Positions 56,323 to 64,000 of a stretch of DNA of 64,000 nucleotides are shown one piece after another. The stretch comes from Neocallimastix sp. 'constans' (lineage: Eukaryota). The first letter of the stretch is position 1, and the number at the start of each line of letters is the position of its first letter. Location of the stretch: positions 1 to 64,000 of the forward strand of contig JBODTK010000132.1 of NCBI GenBank assembly GCA_050613775.1. The letters are read 5' to 3'. Below the pieces are notes generated by a model. That model did not search any database, was not told the DNA's origin, and saw nothing but the letters and a program-made list of their open reading frames with translations. Made by a program: the position numbers and the translations under genes.

Positions 56323-56343
56323 TAGTAATAATAATAATAATAA

Positions 56344-56411
<68 letters not shown>

Positions 56412-56413
56412 AA

Positions 56414-56446
<33 letters not shown>

Positions 56447-56959
56447 TAAGTATACATGAGTTAATAATATTCATCAGTATTGATATTAATAAAATTCTTG
56501 AGTATTTAATATTTATACTTATAAAATTTATAGTGTAAAATATTGTTATTTATAAATTTTAAAGAAAACAATATTGATATTGATATTCATAAAATTTTTA
56601 ATTATATCTAATTTTATTGTTGATATGAATAAAATTTGAACCATTGCAAAGTGGAATAATTTAAATTATAATTTAATTAATAAAAAATAACTAAAAAAAA
56701 TTTTCTACTTAGATTAGTTTTAATTATTTAATCTTAATTTAAAAAAAAAAAAAAAAAGTTAAGAAAAATCTTTAATTTATTATAAAATTAGTATATTTAT
56801 TATTTATATCCATTAAATAATTATACCCTAATTTAACGTTATTATTTCTATTACAGTCATTACAAATAAACTTTTTTTTTTTTTTCTTTTTTTATATTTC
56901 TTTAATTTTTTTTTAAATTAAAGTAACCATTACATCGGTTTTTCTAATTTTTTTTTGTT

Positions 56960-57480
56960 TTTTTATTAAATATAGTGAAAAAAGAAAGTAGTATTGTTCC
57001 TATTTAACTCTGGAATATAGTCTCATGTAATAAATACTTGAGAGGTTAAATTAAATTTTGGAGCTTCATAAAATGTACCATCAGGAAAAAAAAAATATCT
57101 TTATTATAATGCGCAAATAATTTTGCTTGGAATGAGAATTGAAGAAATTATTAGATTAAGATCTTTTGAATATCATAAAATCCATACCTCTTAACTGTTT
57201 TGTAATTCGTTTACATCAGGAATTGCATTAAATGTTTATTATTATATTAAGGATTTAATTGTTTATTTAATACTTCTTATATTAGTTGAGATAAAATTGT
57301 ACTATACATACTCAAGACATTTTAAAAATCCCATTTCTTGAAAATTTTTCACTTCATTAAATATACCCTTGGGCTTTATATCTAAAGAAATTGAACTTTT
57401 TTTTTTTTTTTTTTTTTATTTATTTATTTATTTCTTCTTTAATTTTATGTTTTATTATAGATATGGATGCATCATTTCTT
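56960..57480 (-). mobile_element. Decayed Mutator-like (MULE) transposase relic
   Basis: Minus-strand fragments DASISIIKHKIKEEI, FQEMGFLKCLEY, DFMIFK, FQAKLFAHYNKDIF, DGTFYEAPKF (DGTF at 57071-57082, the first catalytic-Asp motif of MULE transposases) and QVFIT*DYIPELN. It is frameshifted and I found no TIRs. Confidence 0.72.
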
Positions 57481-57959
57481 TTTATATTTTCATTAGATTT
57501 AATAATATTTTGAGCTACAGTAGTAAGCGATTGGTTATCATGAAATATGTTATCAGGATTTTACAGGTTACTAGTAATTCTGAACGTAATTCTGATTGAA
57601 TTGTCAAAAAAAATGGAATTTTTGTTAAATATTATTATTAATTTGAGATGAATTGTTAGAATTTTGATCGTCATTTGAAGAAATATCACAAGAATCATGG
57701 GAAATTATGGTATCATTTGAAATGCCACTTGAAGTATAAAATTATTAATGGTATGATTATTTTTGAGCGTTAGATGAAATCAAGTGAATTATTGAAAATT
57801 TTATTTCAGGGTGTGTGTTGGAAATTTTGAAAATTTGTATTTTTTTTATTGTCATTATTTGATAAAAAAAAATTTTTTTTTTTTTATTTTTTTTTAAATA
57901 TTAAAATTTTCAATACTTTTTGAAAAATAATTTTTTATGATTCCTAGTCATTAGAGTTT

Positions 57960-58431
57960 TTATCCAGGCGGTTAGTACTTCGGGACTAACACACATAAAG
58001 GTTTAGAGATTGAACCCCACAACTACCTCCTGAATTTATATGGGGAAAGATTTTCATTCTTCTAGGGTGTTTTTTTTTTTTTTCCCTTATAAATGAAGTT
58101 GTTGTTCCCTCGCCATAGTAAATATTCTTGTTGTTAGACACTATAATTGCTAGTGAGGAGAGCATTTGAACTGTGAGAAGATTAGTATAGTTGAGTATAG
58201 TTGTTCCTCCCTCGATGACCGTTCAAGAGATCGTTAAAAAAAGAAGCCCCATCGTATAAAGCGACATAGAGGAAATGTCTTTCATATTAGCCTCTCTTAG
58301 AGAAAGGTCGGCATCGGTACCGAAACGTTAGGGCAAAGAATTTAATGAGAGTCCGATACATTTAAGGGAGAGACTAGAGGCCCAATTATCCTCCCCTCTC
58401 GTTAATCCCAATCTAAAAAAAAAAAAAAAAA
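57960..58431 (+). mobile_element. Longest copy of a structured, non-coding, poly(A)-tailed retroposon (SINE-like or LINE 3' end)
   Basis: GC-enriched island with several hairpins, ending in A17. Its last 110 bp or so are shared with 14118-14258 (-) and its last 70 bp with 37002-37069. The 5' boundary is approximate. Confidence 0.6.
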
Positions 58432-58774
58432 GGAAGGATAATTATCTTTTATTATAAAAATTTAATATTAGTTAATATTATATTAAATATTTATGTTTTA
58501 TTTATATTAAATATATTCTATATTGTTATCTTAATTATTATATTTTTTATTAATTAATATTAAAATGTATAGTATAAAATGTAAAATAGTAGCACAAAAT
58601 CTATCTTTTATGTTCTTTGTTAATGTTATTGAAATATTGTATGTAATAATCTCTATAAATATATTATTAATATTATATAATTTATAAATACAATGTGACT
58701 TATACTTTAAGTATATTAGAATATATTTCAATGTATTTGAAACTTATATTTAATATTTTTCACGTATTCTAATA

Positions 58775-58871
58775 TCCCTCCTTAAACCTAGTTATTTCAT
58801 GATGAATAAATTGGTTTAATGGCGAATAGGTTTATATAAAATTCTCCTATACTTGACATTATTAAATCATT

Positions 58872-58926
<55 letters not shown>

Positions 58927-59490
58927 TAAATTAATTTTTAATTTTAAATGAGTGTAATAATTTTTTTTCATTATATTAATTCTTTAATTTAATTAAAATA
59001 TTGTTAAAATAATTTCTTAAATTTATTTGTAATATAAAAGTTTCTCTCTAAAACTAACTATTTGATATTATTACACTACTAATATTGGATGTATCTAAAA
59101 CAAGTCTTATAATATATGGTTTATATGTACTATTGACATGATGGAAATCTTTCTCTTGAAGAGCGATACTATACCATCTCAATTTTATGTGAATACCTCT
59201 TATATATTGGGTTTTACATCACTTTCAATGAGAATATTATTGCTAAATTTCACATATTTTTTGGCTTTGTAGTTATAGCGAAAACTATTAAAATAATTTG
59301 TTAATAATAAATTGGTGTACTTGATAAAATTATAATTTTCGGGGGTATGAAAATTGATTACATTTGTTAATTAAGTATATTATTCTGGCCATTTGAACTT
59401 TCAGGTAAATAATATAAATTGTTTTATAAATTTATTAAGATTCAGTATTTCAATTAAGACACTTTCAACTTTCAACTTTCAATTTTAATA

Positions 59491-59521
<31 letters not shown>

Positions 59522-59890
59522 ATGTTTCCTATTCCCCCCTAAAATCCAAATTACTAAAAGTATTTTATATATTTGATTTTTCTAACATCATTATAATAAT
59601 AGAAGTTTAATAATTATATAGCTTCTTGAATACTTTGCAATCAATATGTACGGTTTATAGATGGATAAACGTCATCTATTTGAATGTGACTCATGGTTAT
59701 ATTTATTAATTTATTATACCTTTCTTCATGAAGGTTTGCATTATGACTACATAAAATTAGTTATTATCTAAACTCATTTCACGTTTGGAATTACCATATT
59801 TTTCTTGAATATTTGGGATATTACGCTTTAAATTATTTTGTATGGGATCTCTGACATATAGTCTCCTCCATTATAGTTGTTAATATATAT
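58775..59890 (-). mobile_element. Highly decayed Ty1/copia-like relic
   Basis: Minus-strand fragments NGGDYMS (like integrase D.GGEY.S), QEKYGNSKR (like QENG.SER), LPESSNG (integrase C-terminus) and EVFT*N*DG (like RT WVF..K.DG) occur in copia order. They end at a PPT-like AAGGAGGGA (58783-58775) followed by TATT. Confidence 0.45.
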
Positions 59891-61096
59891 ATATATGCAT
59901 TTAATATATAAGTACCAATTAAAATATAATATACTGTGGTTTATACATTAATTATAAAATGTTTCAAAACATTTATGAAGCTTATTTTTCATAAAATTTA
60001 CATATTCTAACTTGTTAAAATATTAATTATTTTTATTCTTTGTTAACTTTTAATTTTACAGGAATAAAATAATTTATATATTAATTTAATTCCTTAATTT
60101 GATTTAAATATAATTTTATTTTATTAAATTTACTCATAAAACTAGGTATTTTGTATTATTAACGCAAAGATATATCTAATAATAGGAATGTTGTATTCGC
60201 AATTATGGTTCATTACAAATAATAAAATTTTTTAAAATAAATAATTATAAGTAAATAAACAAATAACTAATAAATAAATAAAATAAAAAATAATAATAAA
60301 TAAGATATTAATAAAAATATAATAGTAATTATAATATTTAATTATAAAGATATCTTTATATTTTTTTTTAAACACATAAAGTATTTTTTATGATTTTTCA
60401 TTTATTAATTTATTTGTTTTTATTTGTTTTTTTCTTTTTTATATAAATTAGAATTTATAAAATTTAAACTTTTAAACCATAATTCAACAATATTATTTCT
60501 TAAATAAATAATATCGAATAAGATATTAATAAAAATATAGTAATGATATAATAACAAAATAATTAATGATATTCAATATAAAGATATTTTACTATTTTTT
60601 AATAGAATAATTGTTTAAAAATATAAAGATTGTTAATGATTTTTATATTTGATTATTATTATTATTTTTTTTTTAATTATTTATTATAAAGTAGATTAAG
60701 TATTTAAACCATAATTTAACAATAATTATTTTTATAACTTCTATTATTATTGTAATTGTCACACTCTTAAAATTATATTTTATTTTAAGAAAATTTATTA
60801 TTTATGTCCTGTTAAGTTTGTCGATTAATATATTTTCTGTTTGTACATATTTTAGTTTAATTCCTTCCTTCATTAAATTATCTCTGTTAAATTAAAATAT
60901 TGCATTTTTCAATTTTGAATTTATTTCTTCATTTGTCTGTGAATATTGAAATGAATTAATTTTAATTAAATAATTAGTATAAAAATTTTTTCTTATCTAT
61001 AAGATTTTTTTTTTGTTATATAAGAAGTACTTATATTCATAAATTATAATAAATAAATAATTATCATAATTACAATAAATATGTTTTAAAATAATA

Positions 61097-61816
<720 letters not shown>

Positions 61817-63918
61817 GTTTAATATAAAAAATTTAACTAATACTATTATTATTAATTATTATTACATATTAATTTTTATTAATTTCATTATTAATAATTA
61901 TTATAATTTTATTTATTTATTTATTAACCTATTTTATAAAAAAAAATATTATAAATATTTGTTCATATAATTTATTTATTTAATACTATTAGAAAAGACG
62001 ATTTTTAATAAAAATATTAAACTTATGCTTTATTCATTATTTAATAATTATATTAATAAATTATTTAAATATTATTTATTAAAAATGAAGAAAAAAAAAT
62101 AGATGAAAATATATTATTATTTTAATAATATTATTATTTTATTATCATTATTTTATAATTATTATTATTATAATAATTATAATAATAATAATAAAATTTC
62201 AATAAAAAAATTTTAAATAAATTAAATATTATAAATAATTGACAAAATTAATTATTATACTTTGCAATTTTATTATTATTAATTAAAATTATATTTATTA
62301 TAATGAATTTTTTTTTTTTTTACTAATAATTATACTTTATATAATTGAAAAATAGTAAATATTTCCATAAAATTATTGTATTATTATCATATAATATAAC
62401 TGATTATATATTTTGTTACCATCATGACTATTTTTTCATTTAAGAGAGAATACAAATAAATTATTATTATTATTATTATTATTATTATAAAGGATAATTA
62501 TTATTTATTATTTAATTTTATTATAATTTTATCTATTTATTTATTAATTTATTTATAAAATAAAATATTATAATAATTACAAGTTTAAATAATTTATTTA
62601 TTACGTGTAGCTTCATTAAATAAAATGTTAAATTTGAACTTTAAAAATTTTTATTAATAATAATATTTATAAATAGCATTAATATTAAATAAGAAAATAA
62701 ATATATATATATAAATATGAAATATATTATTTTTTATTATTATCATTTTATTATTATTATATTATTATTATATTCTATTTTATTATCATTTTATTATTAT
62801 TTTATTATTATTATTTAATTGAAATTATGTTTATAATGTAAACATATTAATATAATTTACCAATAATTATATTTAATATAAATAAAAAATAGTAAAGATA
62901 GTTATATATTTTATATATTCATAAAAATTATATTATTATTATTTAAAGACTATTTTTTTTTTTTTTTTTTTTTTAAATTAATTTGTCATTAAATTTATAA
63001 TGGATGACAGTTGAAATTAACTTTATTTTTAATCAATTACTAAAAAATAAATTAAAAATTATATAAAAGTAAATTTATATCATAAATAACGAATAAATGT
63101 AAAATTTATATATATAAAATAAAACTAAAATGGTATGAAATTGGAAAATTTTGATATTATTACGGTGAATTTTTTTTTTTTTTTTTATATTAATTTCAAA
63201 TCTTTCATATATTTTTTTTTATCCATATTAATTTTTTATATTTAAATTATTTTAATATTGTATATATCCTTTTTATGTATATTTACAAAAAGTATTATTA
63301 TTATTATTATTTTATTTTTTTTTTTTAAAAAAAAGAAGTTAACATAATTTGAAATTCATAATGAATTAATTACAATATAAAACTCAAAAAATAATATAAA
63401 TATTTTTTTAGTAATTATTATTGTATCATAGTATTGTAAAGTTTTTTATATTTCATTATAAAAAATATAATATTCAATTTTTTGTTAAAAATATCAATGT
63501 TTTTATAAATACTTTAAAAAAATAATAAACAAAAATTATGATTATATAAACTTTACATAAATTATACCATGTAAACTTTTAAATAATTTATTAAAAATTT
63601 TAGTAATAATATGAAGTTTATATTAAAATTATTGACCATTTATATATATGTTCAACAAATAATTAATAGTATTTAATAAAGTATTGCATGATATATTTAA
63701 TAAAAGGAGTATTTTATATTAAAAAGGATCAATTAATTTAAAATTTTCCATATTACTTTTGATATAGTTAAGTTTATTAAAGTTTAAAACATAAATTATT
63801 CACGGTTAAACTTATTTATATGTATGTAATATGGAAACATTATAATTTAAAATTATAATTAATAAACTTTATTATATTTCAAATTTTATTAATTAACATT
63901 TAACCTGAATTAATTTTA

Positions 63919-63951
<33 letters not shown>

Positions 63952-64000
63952 GTATATATATATTTTTTTTAATTGAAAATTACCCAAATCTGTAACTTAT

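Noticed and set aside
57970..57980. 5S rRNA-derived head (GGTTAGTACTT matches 5S internal sequence)
   Set aside because: The match is only 11 nt. Flanking 5S sequence and the A/C boxes are absent, and the bases are explained by a local hairpin.

Overview
Extremely AT-rich, microsatellite- and homopolymer-laden eukaryotic DNA. The composition and the fungal-type HSF suggest an anaerobic gut fungus (Neocallimastigomycota); this is an inference. I can support only one host gene: an intronless HSF-domain transcription factor (45045-46793, +), preceded by about 41 kb with no recognisable gene. Downstream lies a very young, full-length Ty1/copia LTR retrotransposon (48770-54640) with identical 184-bp LTRs, inserted in a (TA)n tract. 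It has an unusual set of cis signals: a primer-binding site complementary to the anticodon arm of tRNA-Lys(CUU) (half-tRNA priming), a second box matching the tRNA D-arm, a 5-copy hairpin array in the leader, a duplicated internal polypurine tract, a palindrome-capped hairpin against the 3' PPT, TG...TA termini and an in-frame run of about 86 Asn in Pol. The other GC-richer patches are decayed transposons (Ty3/gypsy, LINE, MULE, copia) and three copies of a poly(A)-tailed, 5'-truncated, structured retroposon.
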